Source: a virus. Taken from it: 64,000 nucleotides of DNA. Each line of letters opens with the position of its first letter. The stretch's first letter is position 1. Position numbers and translations under genes: made by a program. This document shows positions 6,896 to 16,213 of the stretch, in pieces. The notes under the pieces were generated by a model that was not told the DNA's origin, made no database searches, and was given only the letters and a program-made list of their open reading frames with translations. The DNA lies in the IMG/VR virus record IMGVR_UViG_3300043256_000135, positions 12,450 through 76,449 of that record. One strand, written 5' to 3'.

Positions 6896-9318
6896 CAGAA
6901 AGCCTCACCGCCATCGTCAGGCGGTTCGTTGGGTCCAGCGTCTTGGTTGTCATCGCCGACAGGTGGCCATGCTCGGGGGCCGGACTTCGTCACGGTCTCC
7001 CACAGCTTACGGCATTCATCCAGCGAGGGGAAGACCCATACTTTTGGGCGCCCGGACGACTGGCGGCGCTGCCCGCGGGGGTCTACCCAGCCCTGAACGC
7101 TCCTCCCTGTCGTCGTAGACACCCCGAAGCGGGACAGGAAGATACCTAGAGGTCGATTCGGGTTTGTCTTGAAACTTGGGTATTCTACCTTGAATCGCTC
7201 CACCAGTTCCTCCTTCAGAATCTGCGTCCTCCAGCCCGCATGGCTGGGCAGCAGTCGGCCCTCTTCCAGAGCATTCAGCAGGAAGGATTGCATCTCGCTC
7301 ATGCTCTGGTCCTGCTGCTTTCGCAGCTCGATGGTCTTTGGGCATTTCCACACGTCGAACTCACTCAGGTCGTAAGTGAGCAGAAAGTGCATCAGGGCCT
7401 CGTACCCACCATTATCCATCTGGGCGTGCAGCGCAGTGAAGTAGGCGATGTCCGTCTGGTAGCGGTCGTCGATTTCAACCACAAAGAACCGGCGGTCGTC
7501 CAGGTCGGCGCTAATGGCCCACTCCCGGTTCGTCGCCATGATCAGGTGGACACAGTTCCGCGACTCCATGTTGTCGACACCCTTCTGCTCAGTGCGCAGG
7601 GTCTCCTCGGTAATCAGAGACTTCAGGGCGGATTCGGCGCTCTCGTCGTGTGCAACGAAACATTCGTCCGCGAATACCAGCACGGAGTCTTTCAGCATCG
7701 CGTTGAACTGGCCAGTGACATGCTTCGGGTTGGACACGTACTTGTAGTGGCCACCGAACAGCTTGCCGAACATTTTGGCGAACGTGCCCTTGCCCGTGCC
7801 CTGGCCGCCGCGCATAACGATGGCGACCTGCCCAGGGTTCTCGGGATGCTGCACGGCATTGGCCATCCACTGCACCACGTAGATGTAGTACTCTTCGTTC
7901 CCCCGGCACACCACGTTCTTCACGTGGTCCAGGAACAGGGAGCAGTCGCCCGGCAGGGCGTTCACGGCGAAGCCGCGCCACAGGTTCATACAGTCGGAGA
8001 ACTCACGGTTGGGGTAGAACACCACGCTGCGGTAGGTGCGCCGGTGTGTATGTTGGAGCCACCATTTGCCGACGGGGATCTCTTTGGGGACGGGGTTGCC
8101 TTTCTTATCGGGCCACATCTCCACCACGGTCTGGTTGCTGTACATCGTCGTGAAACCGTCGCGTTGATGGAACTCGATCTCTGACCGGCCAATGGCTTCG
8201 TTGTAGCGTTCGCATGCGATTCGCATCTTACCGCCCACCGATTCGATCAGGGCGTACTGCCGGTTCAGCAACTCCAGCCACGGCTCGATCGAGTCCTCGC
8301 GTGCCCGCTGAATCGTGCGCAGGGCGCAGCGGTGCACATTGGCGGCGTTACCCTGGGCCAGTACGTGGGCGCTGATGCCTAGGTCGGGGTCGGTGATGAT
8401 GCTGTAGATGGTGTCGTCATCGAAGTTGTTGCGTACCAGCTCGCACGCCACGAACCAGAGCCAGTCGCTCCGACTGTTGCCGGCGGTCAAAGGCTGGTCG
8501 GGATCATGCCCTTGCACGATAGCGACGCGGGCGCGCGGCGATACGCTCTTGAAGATGCCGTTCTCGTCGCTGAAGGCGTCCGCGGGCACGCGCTGGCAAT
8601 TGCCGGAGACGTTTACCTGCACCTGATTTTTGCTTCCCACGCGCGTCCCGGTTGCGAGGTCGGGGGCCTTCATGAAGTACTCGGGGTTGTCGGCGTCGTA
8701 CGTGGTGTCCCAGTTGGCCAGGATCACGTCGGCCATGATGGGGGTCTGGCCGTTCTTTCGTTTTGAGGCGTTGGGGAAATTGCACGTCCCCACAAGACGC
8801 ATAACGTGATCGGCGCTATGGCACGCATCCGCTTGGAGCAACTTGGCGATCTGGACGTTGTACCGCTCGGCGTCTTCGACCTTCAACAGCTCCCCGCCCA
8901 GCTCGATCGGGCAGGCCAATTTCCAGAACGCTTGATACCCGCCGCCGCTGAAGGTGATCACGGTCGGCTTGGGAACAAGGTCGGTGGTCTGGAGCAGGTT
9001 CAGAATGCGCTTCTGCTCCTGAAGAAGGGGCAACCCCTTCTTCGGGTCGACATCGACATGCAGCCACTCCATCCTCAAAACGTCCCCCTTGCTGGCCTTA
9101 CCGCAGCCTGGACGAACAGGGTTGGGGTGGAAGTAGATGTTGCGCTCCGCGGCCTGCTGGCGCACGATCCACGCGGCCATCTCCTCAACCGTGTCCGGGC
9201 CGAACGTACCGAAGTCGTTGGTCTTATCTTCGTGGAACGCACACAGCGCCCACGGACCATCAGGCTTCCACCGCTTCAAGAAGTCGGCGGCCAGGGCGGT
9301 GTCGGGGGCGATCATCAT
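6895..9318 (-). CDS. Primase-helicase (RepB-type primase plus SF3/DUF5906 helicase)
   Basis: HVDVD, SGGGYQAFW and MRLVGT primase motifs; GGQGTGKG Walker A, FADE Walker B, DDRRF. Confidence 0.88.
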   Translation of the reverse strand: MMIAPDTALAADFLKRWKPDGPWALCAFHEDKTNDFGTFGPDTVEEMAAWIVRQQAAERNIYFHPNPVRPGCGKASKGDVLRMEWLHVDVDPKKGLPLLQEQKRILNLLQTTDLVPKPTVITFSGGGYQAFWKLACPIELGGELLKVEDAERYNVQIAKLLQADACHSADHVMRLVGTCNFPNASKRKNGQTPIMADVILANWDTTYDADNPEYFMKAPDLATGTRVGSKNQVQVNVSGNCQRVPADAFSDENGIFKSVSPRARVAIVQGHDPDQPLTAGNSRSDWLWFVACELVRNNFDDDTIYSIITDPDLGISAHVLAQGNAANVHRCALRTIQRAREDSIEPWLELLNRQYALIESVGGKMRIACERYNEAIGRSEIEFHQRDGFTTMYSNQTVVEMWPDKKGNPVPKEIPVGKWWLQHTHRRTYRSVVFYPNREFSDCMNLWRGFAVNALPGDCSLFLDHVKNVVCRGNEEYYIYVVQWMANAVQHPENPGQVAIVMRGGQGTGKGTFAKMFGKLFGGHYKYVSNPKHVTGQFNAMLKDSVLVFADECFVAHDESAESALKSLITEETLRTEQKGVDNMESRNCVHLIMATNREWAISADLDDRRFFVVEIDDRYQTDIAYFTALHAQMDNGGYEALMHFLLTYDLSEFDVWKCPKTIELRKQQDQSMSEMQSFLLNALEEGRLLPSHAGWRTQILKEELVERFKVEYPSFKTNPNRPLGIFLSRFGVSTTTGRSVQGWVDPRGQRRQSSGRPKVWVFPSLDECRKLWETVTKSGPRAWPPVGDDNQDAGPNEPPDDGGEAF

Positions 9319-9322
9319 GGGT

Positions 9323-9334
9323 AGTATACCATAT
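9323..9334 (-). promoter_or_regulatory. Extended -10 promoter motif ATATGGTATACT
   Basis: 4-7 nt before ATGATG of primase; leaderless arrangement. Confidence 0.6.
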
Positions 9335-9346
9335 CACCGGGGGGGT

Positions 9347-9760
9347 CTAGGTTTCCAGGAAGGGCCGGAGTTCACGGAAAGTTGGGGTGCGGACCCACAG
9401 GCAGATGGCAGCCTCGTACAGCTCTTGCCGTGTGCCACCTTCCTTGCCTCCCAGGATTGCAACGGCGGCCAGCCCCTCGAACAGCAGCCACTCGCTTGCG
9501 ATGTTGAGCATCACAAACGCGCGTCCGTTTACACGCGCCCACAGGATGAGCCAGATTCGCTGGCCCTTCGTCAGGGGGTGGTCCAGCTGCACCGGGGTAT
9601 CCACCCGGGCGGGCCATTCCTCGGTAGCCTTGCATTCGATCCACCCGTCGCGGTAGGCGATGTCCGGTGTGCCCGGGTGGCACCCACCGTTCTCTACGGC
9701 GAAGGCGCCCAGGGGGCGTAGGATCTTCACCAGCTGTTGCCTCATGTCGCGCTCAAGCAT
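9347..9760 (-). CDS. VRR-NUC / PD-(D/E)XK nuclease (resolvase-like)
   Basis: E...GTPDI...WIECK...Q..W. Confidence 0.8.
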   Translation of the reverse strand: MLERDMRQQLVKILRPLGAFAVENGGCHPGTPDIAYRDGWIECKATEEWPARVDTPVQLDHPLTKGQRIWLILWARVNGRAFVMLNIASEWLLFEGLAAVAILGGKEGGTRQELYEAAICLWVRTPTFRELRPFLET

Positions 9761-10028
9761 CTTCCCACCAATCCATGTTCACACAGAGGTAGCATTCCCC
9801 GTCGGCCGTCATCATGCGCCGTTCCTTCTCTTCTCCGCACGTCGGGCACACCGCCACCGGTTGCTTCACGTAGCCGCAGAAGCAATCCTCGGGGTTGCCC
9901 AGGATCAACAGGGCGTCCATCTCTGGGCAGAAGTGTGCGGTCTTCGACAACTTGAACACCAGCCACGGGATCCAGCCGCGTCGGTCGATCCAGCGATACA
10001 ACAGACTGCGCAGGCGCCGGGGTATCAT
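9753..10028 (-). CDS. Cys-rich hypothetical protein
   Basis: HFCPEMD, CFC, CPTC, CYLC. Confidence 0.65.
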   Translation of the reverse strand: MIPRRLRSLLYRWIDRRGWIPWLVFKLSKTAHFCPEMDALLILGNPEDCFCGYVKQPVAVCPTCGEEKERRMMTADGECYLCVNMDWWEDA

Positions 10029-10360
10029 GCTCGACTCACTCGCTTCGCGACCATCAGTCCGCGCTGGCGGAGTAGATAGTTGAGGGCGCCCAGCAGGAAC
10101 ACGCCGCCGACAACAAAGCGGGCCCACACCGGCAGGTCGATCCCCCAGAACTCTTCGGGGATCAACACGTTGAGCCCACCAATGGTGAAGGCACCGACGT
10201 TGACCCCGCGAAGGAATGAGGGCAGGGTGGCCAGCTTTATGTCGAGCCCTATGCGCTCAACGTCCAGCTTGTGGTGGATCGTCGCGTCGATGCCGTGCTT
10301 GGCTGCGGCGTCGAGCAGTTGTTCGTCGCGGACACTCAGGAGTCTTCTCTTGTCGTTCAT
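10025..10360 (-). CDS. Small membrane protein
   Basis: C-terminal hydrophobic segments. Confidence 0.65.
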   Translation of the reverse strand: MNDKRRLLSVRDEQLLDAAAKHGIDATIHHKLDVERIGLDIKLATLPSFLRGVNVGAFTIGGLNVLIPEEFWGIDLPVWARFVVGGVFLLGALNYLLRQRGLMVAKRVSRA

Positions 10361-10875
10361 TTTTCGAACCTCGGTCCCTGCGGGCCGCGCTCAGCGCCCT
10401 GGTATTTGCCGGTGTAGGTGTTCTCGGGTATCTCGTCTGTGGTGTGGAAGATGATCTGCGCGATCGGCTCATGGTCCACGATCGTCACGTCTTCCCCGCT
10501 GTGATTCGTGAGCAGCATGGTCAGGTAGCCCTTCCACCCGGGCTCCAGCACGCACTGCGCCGGCAGGATCCCCCGTCGGGCCCAGGTGCTCTTGGGATGG
10601 ACGAAGCCCACCACGTCGAGCGGCATGTTGAAGTGCTCCACGATGCCCACCAGGGTAGACTCACCAGCCCCGAGGATGATGCCATCGCTGTCGGGGGTCT
10701 GAACTAGTCGGTGCATGTTGAACTCATCCGACAAGCTATAGGCGTTGGTCAGGTCCACACGCACGTCGTAGCCCGCACTTGACAGGCCATACGACATGCC
10801 GCGGAACACCGTGCGCTCGTGGAAGGGGTCGATGATTTCGAGGTTCTTGATCTGATGGTCTGCTAGAATGCTCAT
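10357..10875 (-). CDS. dcd: dCTP deaminase (trimeric dUTPase fold)
   Basis: MSILAD, YGLSSAGYDVR, KSTWARRG, LEPGWKGYLT, YTGKYQG. Confidence 0.88.
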   Translation of the reverse strand: MSILADHQIKNLEIIDPFHERTVFRGMSYGLSSAGYDVRVDLTNAYSLSDEFNMHRLVQTPDSDGIILGAGESTLVGIVEHFNMPLDVVGFVHPKSTWARRGILPAQCVLEPGWKGYLTMLLTNHSGEDVTIVDHEPIAQIIFHTTDEIPENTYTGKYQGAERGPQGPRFEK

Positions 10876-11345
10876 TGATTTGTTCTCCGATCCAGTTCAC
10901 TCGGGCAGTAGAAGCGAAGGGCCACGCCTGCCTCTTCCAGCGTTTTCTCCGCCTCTCGCAGGTCGTCAGCCCACCGTTCGGGCACAGGGCGGCCACTGGC
11001 CACCACCCGGTCGATGTCGGCGGCGATGATGTGCTTGGTGCAGTTGCTCAGGCACGGAGCGCCCATGAAACCCCAGATGAAGAGCGTCCCGCCGCGCGCC
11101 GCGGGGCCTGCCTGGAGCAGCGCGTTCATCTCAGCGTGCACGATCAACCCCAGTTTTGCGCTGCGATCGTGTAAACGCTTGTCGTCAGCGATGCGAGACG
11201 GGAAGCCGTTGTAGCCGGTGCTGATCACTCGCCGATTCTGCACGATTACCGCGCCGACCTGTGAGCTAGGGTCCTTGGACATCAGCGAAGCTTCGCGGGC
11301 CAGTCGCAGGAAATGTACGTCCCACTTGTCAATTAGTCTTTTCAT
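10872..11345 (-). CDS. dCMP deaminase
   Basis: SKDPSSQVGAV, GYNGFP, HAEMNA, PCxxxC. Confidence 0.9.
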   Translation of the reverse strand: MKRLIDKWDVHFLRLAREASLMSKDPSSQVGAVIVQNRRVISTGYNGFPSRIADDKRLHDRSAKLGLIVHAEMNALLQAGPAARGGTLFIWGFMGAPCLSNCTKHIIAADIDRVVASGRPVPERWADDLREAEKTLEEAGVALRFYCPSELDRRTNQ

Positions 11346-11559
11346 GTTTCACTTTCCAACGGTAGAAGCCTATCACATCCATGACGATGAAGACGGAACT
11401 CCAGATCCAAATCGCCGACATGGCCATCAGGATGCCAAGTATCAGCCAAACGCCACTGCCAACTGCGCGGAATACCCAGCCGGTGATGTGTTTTTTGCCG
11501 AGCAGCCACGTGCCAAGTATCAATGCGACGTAACCGATATGTCCGAAGAGGTCGATCAC
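11329..11559 (-). CDS. Small 3-TM membrane protein (half PnuC-like)
   Basis: Three hydrophobic segments ending GFYRW; GTGA overlap with polA. Confidence 0.6.
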   Translation of the reverse strand: MIDLFGHIGYVALILGTWLLGKKHITGWVFRAVGSGVWLILGILMAMSAIWIWSSVFIVMDVIGFYRWKVKHEKTN

Positions 11560-13625
11560 GCTGCCGCTCCTAACTCGCCCCACGTGGGGCCCACTTCCAG
11601 GTCACACACGGTGGGCACGTTCAGCTCTATCGCATGCACCATGATTTCGTTGAGCTGTTGAGCCTCACGCATGGCCCAGATAGTCAGATCGAGTTCATCA
11701 TGCACCTGTAATTGCATCCGCACGCCCGCTTCGTCGGCCAGGACCATGGCCACTTTGGTCTGGTCGGCACTGCTGCCCTGGATCAGGCCGTTCAGGGCTT
11801 TGTGCCCTCCGAACAGTTCACCAGTCTCGGGATGGATTGGGAAGCGGCGCTTGCGGCCCAGCAATGTACGGATGTACCCCATGTTCGTCGCGCGGTTCTT
11901 CACCATGCGGTCTAGTTGCTTGATATACGGTACCTTCTGATTGAAGCGTTGGAGCAATGCTTCACCCTCGGGCCCGGCCATCTCGAACGGATGGGCGCCG
12001 GTTTTCCGTAGCGCCTTACCCTCCGGGCTGTCGATGGGGTGGACCGTCCACCGCCTCTGGTTCGGATCTCGCACCACCCAGATGGTGGGCAGACCCAGCG
12101 AACGGGCCAGCTTGCCACCACCCATGTTGTAGCATAGACCCAAGAAAATTGTCTTGGCATTGCCGCGCAGCAGCTTCGCCGCCTTGGCAATGGCCTTATC
12201 GTTCGACAGCAGGTCGGCCTGTCGGAACTCCTCGTACATCATGGTGGCCATCATGGAGTGATTGTCCCAGTCCGGATCCGTGCGGCAGGCATGGGCCGCC
12301 TCAGCGCCGCCCTTGCAGCCGGTCATTTCGGCGTAGTGGATAATCATCCGGGGCTCCTGCCCGGAGAAGTCTAGGCAGGCCCATTTACCTCCCTGATCAG
12401 GGAGGTAAATGGACCTCCACAGCGGCCCGATCTCGGGATCCCGCGCAGGCTGTTGCTGTAGGTTGGGGTCGCTGGACGAGAGTCGCCCGAACGCCGGGCC
12501 GCGGATGCTACCGTCGTCGCGCTCCTGCCGCAGCTGGTTGAACGTGCAATGAACCCGGCCATTGATTTGGTGGTTTCGGATCGACTTGCAGAACGTCGTG
12601 CGGACCTTGTTCCACTTCTTGGCCAGCAGGATGGCGTCGGCCAGAGGCGTCCCAAGAGATTGGAGCCACTCCGACTTCACCGAAGGGTTCCCGCCGGTCG
12701 GCTTGCCGGTCTTCTTGCTGATGGTTTTTGGCGTCAAGGGGACCTTGACGCCGGTGGCCTCCAGGATCTTCGCTAGGGCGGCGGACTTGGAAATGTCGTC
12801 GGGTGACATTTCCCGGCCTGACAGCCGGGTGGCCTCGCGGCATGCCTTGTTCTCGATCTGCCACGCCTTGGCGTCGATGTGCTCCAGCTTCGCCATGTCC
12901 ACGGCCACGCCCCGGCGGCGCATCTTGAGCAGTACAGGCAACAAGCGGGACTCCAGGTCGTACACTTGTTCCAAGTCCTGACGGCGGATCTCAGCCTCAT
13001 GCAACCGAAGGATGTGCAGCGGCAGTCTCGCGTCTTGGATCGCATACTGCGCCACAATCTTCGCGGGCGCCTTCCACATATCCTTCTTGGGGTCCAAACC
13101 GTGTGCAACAGCCCACGCATTCAGGCCCTCTTCATCTTTGCCAGGCAGGCCGAGCCGCTCGGCTTGAGCGTCAAGGCTCATGTGGTGGAACTCCTCGCCC
13201 CAGTACCAGTCTCCGGTTTCCTTGTCCTGCATTCGACAGAGCGTCGGCTCGTCCAGCAGCGGACCCGACACCTGAATGTCCCGAAAACGGCTGGGGCGAA
13301 ACAGGACATTCTCTTCAGCAAGAAAATCCAGGTCGTACTGGAGGTTCGCGCCGCCAAGCTCACCACCAAAGTGGCGAGCTTGCTCGCGCAGGTACTCCAG
13401 CACGCGGTCGGGGTCGTCGTAGTTGCCCCCGCCTTCGTGGCGCATCGGCAGGTAGAACGCCGGGCCGTTCTCGTCGCCGCAGCAGAACGACACGCCAGTG
13501 ATGTAGCCGCCGCGCCTCACGCCCGGGCCAAGCGTGGTCAACTGGTCGTCGCGGGTCTCGATGTCCAGCGCGACGCGGTCGTAGTCTGCCCAGTGGGGCA
13601 GATCGGATAGGGGCGGGAGGTTCAC
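11556..13625 (-). CDS. polA: DNA polymerase family A with 3'-5' exonuclease
   Basis: LDIET, YDL and YAIQD exonuclease motifs; GRLSSSDPNLQQQP, DFSGQEPR, AKTIFLGLCY, QGSSAD, VHDEL. Confidence 0.95.
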   Translation of the reverse strand: MNLPPLSDLPHWADYDRVALDIETRDDQLTTLGPGVRRGGYITGVSFCCGDENGPAFYLPMRHEGGGNYDDPDRVLEYLREQARHFGGELGGANLQYDLDFLAEENVLFRPSRFRDIQVSGPLLDEPTLCRMQDKETGDWYWGEEFHHMSLDAQAERLGLPGKDEEGLNAWAVAHGLDPKKDMWKAPAKIVAQYAIQDARLPLHILRLHEAEIRRQDLEQVYDLESRLLPVLLKMRRRGVAVDMAKLEHIDAKAWQIENKACREATRLSGREMSPDDISKSAALAKILEATGVKVPLTPKTISKKTGKPTGGNPSVKSEWLQSLGTPLADAILLAKKWNKVRTTFCKSIRNHQINGRVHCTFNQLRQERDDGSIRGPAFGRLSSSDPNLQQQPARDPEIGPLWRSIYLPDQGGKWACLDFSGQEPRMIIHYAEMTGCKGGAEAAHACRTDPDWDNHSMMATMMYEEFRQADLLSNDKAIAKAAKLLRGNAKTIFLGLCYNMGGGKLARSLGLPTIWVVRDPNQRRWTVHPIDSPEGKALRKTGAHPFEMAGPEGEALLQRFNQKVPYIKQLDRMVKNRATNMGYIRTLLGRKRRFPIHPETGELFGGHKALNGLIQGSSADQTKVAMVLADEAGVRMQLQVHDELDLTIWAMREAQQLNEIMVHAIELNVPTVCDLEVGPTWGELGAAA

Positions 13626-14527
13626 GACAGGCGCTTCTCCGCCAGGGCCACGTATTCCGGATTCAACTCACATAGGATAGCATTGCGCCCGTGCTTCTCC
13701 GCGACCATGCCGGTGGTGCCGCTGCCGCCGAACGGGTCCAGCACCGTGCCGCCTTCGGGGCAACCGGCCAGGATGCACGGCTCGATCAGGTCGGGCGGGA
13801 ATACGGCGAAGTGGGCGCCCTTGAACGGCTTTGGTGCGACGGTCCAGACGGAGCGGCGATTGCGTTTCAATACTGGACCAACCTGGGCTAGACCCGCCTT
13901 GGTTCGATGTTTTTCATCGCCTTGGTCATAGGCTGTCTTGTATTTGTGGTTCTTGTTACAAGGATCTCGGCCTGTCGCGTCTTCCTTCACCGCTTCGTGG
14001 TCGTAGTAGTACTTCGGCTTCTTCGACAGCAGGAAGATGTACTCGTGCGCCTTCGTGCAGCGGTCACGCACGGATTCGGGCATCGGATTGGGCTTATGCC
14101 AGATGATGTCTTGGCGCAGGTACCAGCCGTCGGCTTGCATGGCGAAGGCGACGCGCCAAGGGATGCCAATGAGGTCTTTGGCTTTGAGGCCGGGAGGGAC
14201 AGTATTATTGGTCTGGCTGGCTTGCGCAGGCGAATGCTTTGCTCCTCCTTTTGTGCTGGCTACCTGATAGGACCTGTTTGCGGCATAGCTATCCCCCAGG
14301 TTCAGCCATACCGTGCCGTCGTCGCGCAGCACGCGGCGCACCTCGCGGAATACCTCGACCATCTTGGCCACATATTCGTCGGGCGTGGACTCTAGGCCGA
14401 GCTGGCCCTCGACGCCGTAGTCGCGCAGCCCGAAGTAGGGCGGAGACGTGACGCAGCAGTTCACTGACGTGGCGGCCATGCCGCGCATCAGCTCAATGCA
14501 GTCACCTTGTTTGATTTCTACAGTCAC
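13622..14527 (-). CDS. N4-cytosine/N6-adenine DNA methyltransferase (beta class)
   Basis: TSPPY before VLDPFGGSGTT; HFAVFP. Confidence 0.93.
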   Translation of the reverse strand: MTVEIKQGDCIELMRGMAATSVNCCVTSPPYFGLRDYGVEGQLGLESTPDEYVAKMVEVFREVRRVLRDDGTVWLNLGDSYAANRSYQVASTKGGAKHSPAQASQTNNTVPPGLKAKDLIGIPWRVAFAMQADGWYLRQDIIWHKPNPMPESVRDRCTKAHEYIFLLSKKPKYYYDHEAVKEDATGRDPCNKNHKYKTAYDQGDEKHRTKAGLAQVGPVLKRNRRSVWTVAPKPFKGAHFAVFPPDLIEPCILAGCPEGGTVLDPFGGSGTTGMVAEKHGRNAILCELNPEYVALAEKRLS

Positions 14528-14943
14528 TCGTCTTTCTCTAGTTCGGTGTATGGTGGCAGCGGATTCGGATACCGCTCAAACACAGCATCCACCAGCTTCT
14601 GAATGCGGCCCATCCACCCGGCCTTGGCCTTGGGTGGGCGGTCGTCTTCGACCATGTCGTTCATCATAGCGTCGCGGAACACGAACAGGCAGGCCATGGC
14701 CTTGCTGACGTGGTGGATGCCGCTGTCGGGGTCGATATCCTCACCTTCCCAGTAAGCCATCAGGTGGCGCATGGCGGCGTCGTAGTAAACGGACGCTTGG
14801 ATCGGGGCCACGCGGTAGTTGTGGCGGCGGTACTTGAAGGCACCTTCCAGGCATCCGACCGCCACCTCATACAGGACGGGGCAGGGCAGGACCGACAGCG
14901 GTGGCTTCGCGCGGCCGAGGGCGTCCTTGGGATTGATGGTCAT
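14524..14943 (-). CDS. dATP/dGTP diphosphohydrolase domain protein (DUF5664-like)
   Basis: NPKD..G..K..L, GAFKY..HNY, AMRHL, GEDIDPDSGIHH. Confidence 0.85.
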   Translation of the reverse strand: MTINPKDALGRAKPPLSVLPCPVLYEVAVGCLEGAFKYRRHNYRVAPIQASVYYDAAMRHLMAYWEGEDIDPDSGIHHVSKAMACLFVFRDAMMNDMVEDDRPPKAKAGWMGRIQKLVDAVFERYPNPLPPYTELEKDE

Positions 14944-15203
14944 ACGTTCAGTCCCCGGTTCCAGCCGCGGAGCAACGCGATCTCGCGTTGCTCGGGTCGC
15001 AACCGGCGGAACACCTCGCGGATTTCCTTCGCGCGAGACGGCGTCAACTTCTTGGTGAGCACGCTGTGGGGGAACAGGCGCTTGACGTACCACAGCTTGG
15101 CCGGGCCAATGTCGAGCCCGTCATCGGGCGTCGGGTCCGGTGCGGAGGCAACGCCAAACACATTGTCCCTCAGCTTCTGGTATGCGTTCTTGAAGAAACT
15201 CAT
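14940..15203 (-). CDS. Hypothetical protein
   Basis: MSFFKNAY...; GGAG RBS. Confidence 0.65.
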   Translation of the reverse strand: MSFFKNAYQKLRDNVFGVASAPDPTPDDGLDIGPAKLWYVKRLFPHSVLTKKLTPSRAKEIREVFRRLRPEQREIALLRGWNRGLNV

Positions 15204-15207
15204 GGTG

Positions 15208-15552
15208 TCAGTCTCCGTTCTGCCCGGGGTGGTCCCCCTCGGGCTGGTCTTGCTTGATCTCTTCGTCCGGCGTCTGGCCTCCGATGGCCTCGCAAACGGT
15301 GTCAACCATGGCCTTCTCATTGGCCGCCTTCGCGATGGTTGTGGCCACGGCGGCCAGGGCGTTGCCGGCTTCCAGCAGGGCACGGCGACGGCGCCAGGGG
15401 AACAACACCGTCCCCGCCACGGACAGCTGGTACCCGGCGCGCATCAGTCCGCAGGCGACACACGGCTCATACGTTTTGCGGCCACCCGCGTAATCGGTGA
15501 GGGTGCAGCCACAGGGGCGGCGGTCGATTTTTTCGATGATGTGGTTATTCAT
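15208..15552 (-). CDS. Hypothetical protein
   Basis: 114 aa; CGC and CVAC. Confidence 0.65.
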   Translation of the reverse strand: MNNHIIEKIDRRPCGCTLTDYAGGRKTYEPCVACGLMRAGYQLSVAGTVLFPWRRRRALLEAGNALAAVATTIAKAANEKAMVDTVCEAIGGQTPDEEIKQDQPEGDHPGQNGD

Positions 15553-15555
15553 GAT

Positions 15556-15996
15556 TTAGTCTAGTAGATCCCTCAGAAGCACAGGCCGAAAATCTGTTTG
15601 CTCAACTGACACACCAATATACCATGGATCCGGCAGCACATGAGCATGTGTGTGGCCATGAACATTCTTTAGGTACCGGTGTTTTTGTCCAGGGTGAACT
15701 GGGATGTGAGTCAGGATACTGCCGTGAAACTCGAACATTCCCCTCACCTTCGTGAAATGCTCCAGGTATTTCACCATTGGGTAGACATCATGGTTTCCCA
15801 TGGCTAGCTTCTTGGTGCCGTTCAGTTCGGGCACGCGATCCAAGCGAAACATATCTCCCAACACGTATACAACGTCACGCTTCCTGACTACCTCATTCCA
15901 TCGGCGAATCAGTTCATCGTCGTCGATCCCGCGCAGCTCGTGCAGCTTCTTATGTCCCATGTGAAGATCAGCTGTTACAAATACTTGGCTACTCAT
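15556..15996 (-). CDS. Small calcineurin-like metallophosphoesterase
   Basis: ADLHMGH, LGD, GNHD, THIP, HGHTH. Confidence 0.9.
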   Translation of the reverse strand: MSSQVFVTADLHMGHKKLHELRGIDDDELIRRWNEVVRKRDVVYVLGDMFRLDRVPELNGTKKLAMGNHDVYPMVKYLEHFTKVRGMFEFHGSILTHIPVHPGQKHRYLKNVHGHTHAHVLPDPWYIGVSVEQTDFRPVLLRDLLD

Positions 15997-16000
15997 CTCG

Positions 16001-16213
16001 CTACAGTCTACCACACAACTCAGTCAGGCGGGCGAGAAATGCCCGGATGCGCTCGCTCTTGTAGAAGGGGTCCACATCGCTCCCAGCCAAGTCGACCACG
16101 ACAGCGGGGTAACGCTCCCGCGCGGCGTTGTAAACGGCCTGTCCGAGTCGCAGCTGGTGCCCGCTGTCAAGTACAGCCTTGAGGGCAGCGAGCATGATGT
16201 CGTCGGTGTTCAT
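16001..16213 (-). CDS. Hypothetical protein
   Basis: LRLGQAVYN...DPFY; ATGA overlap. Confidence 0.7.
   Translation of the reverse strand: MNTDDIMLAALKAVLDSGHQLRLGQAVYNAARERYPAVVVDLAGSDVDPFYKSERIRAFLARLTELCGRL
16005..16016 (-). promoter_or_regulatory. Extended -10 promoter motif GTGTGGTAGACT
   Basis: 8 nt upstream of the phosphoesterase ATG. Confidence 0.55.

Noticed and set aside
4217-14943. 2-aminoadenine (Z) genome call from the HD hydrolase and diphosphohydrolase
   Set aside because: No PurZ/adenylosuccinate synthetase homologue in the window; these hydrolase families also occur without Z.
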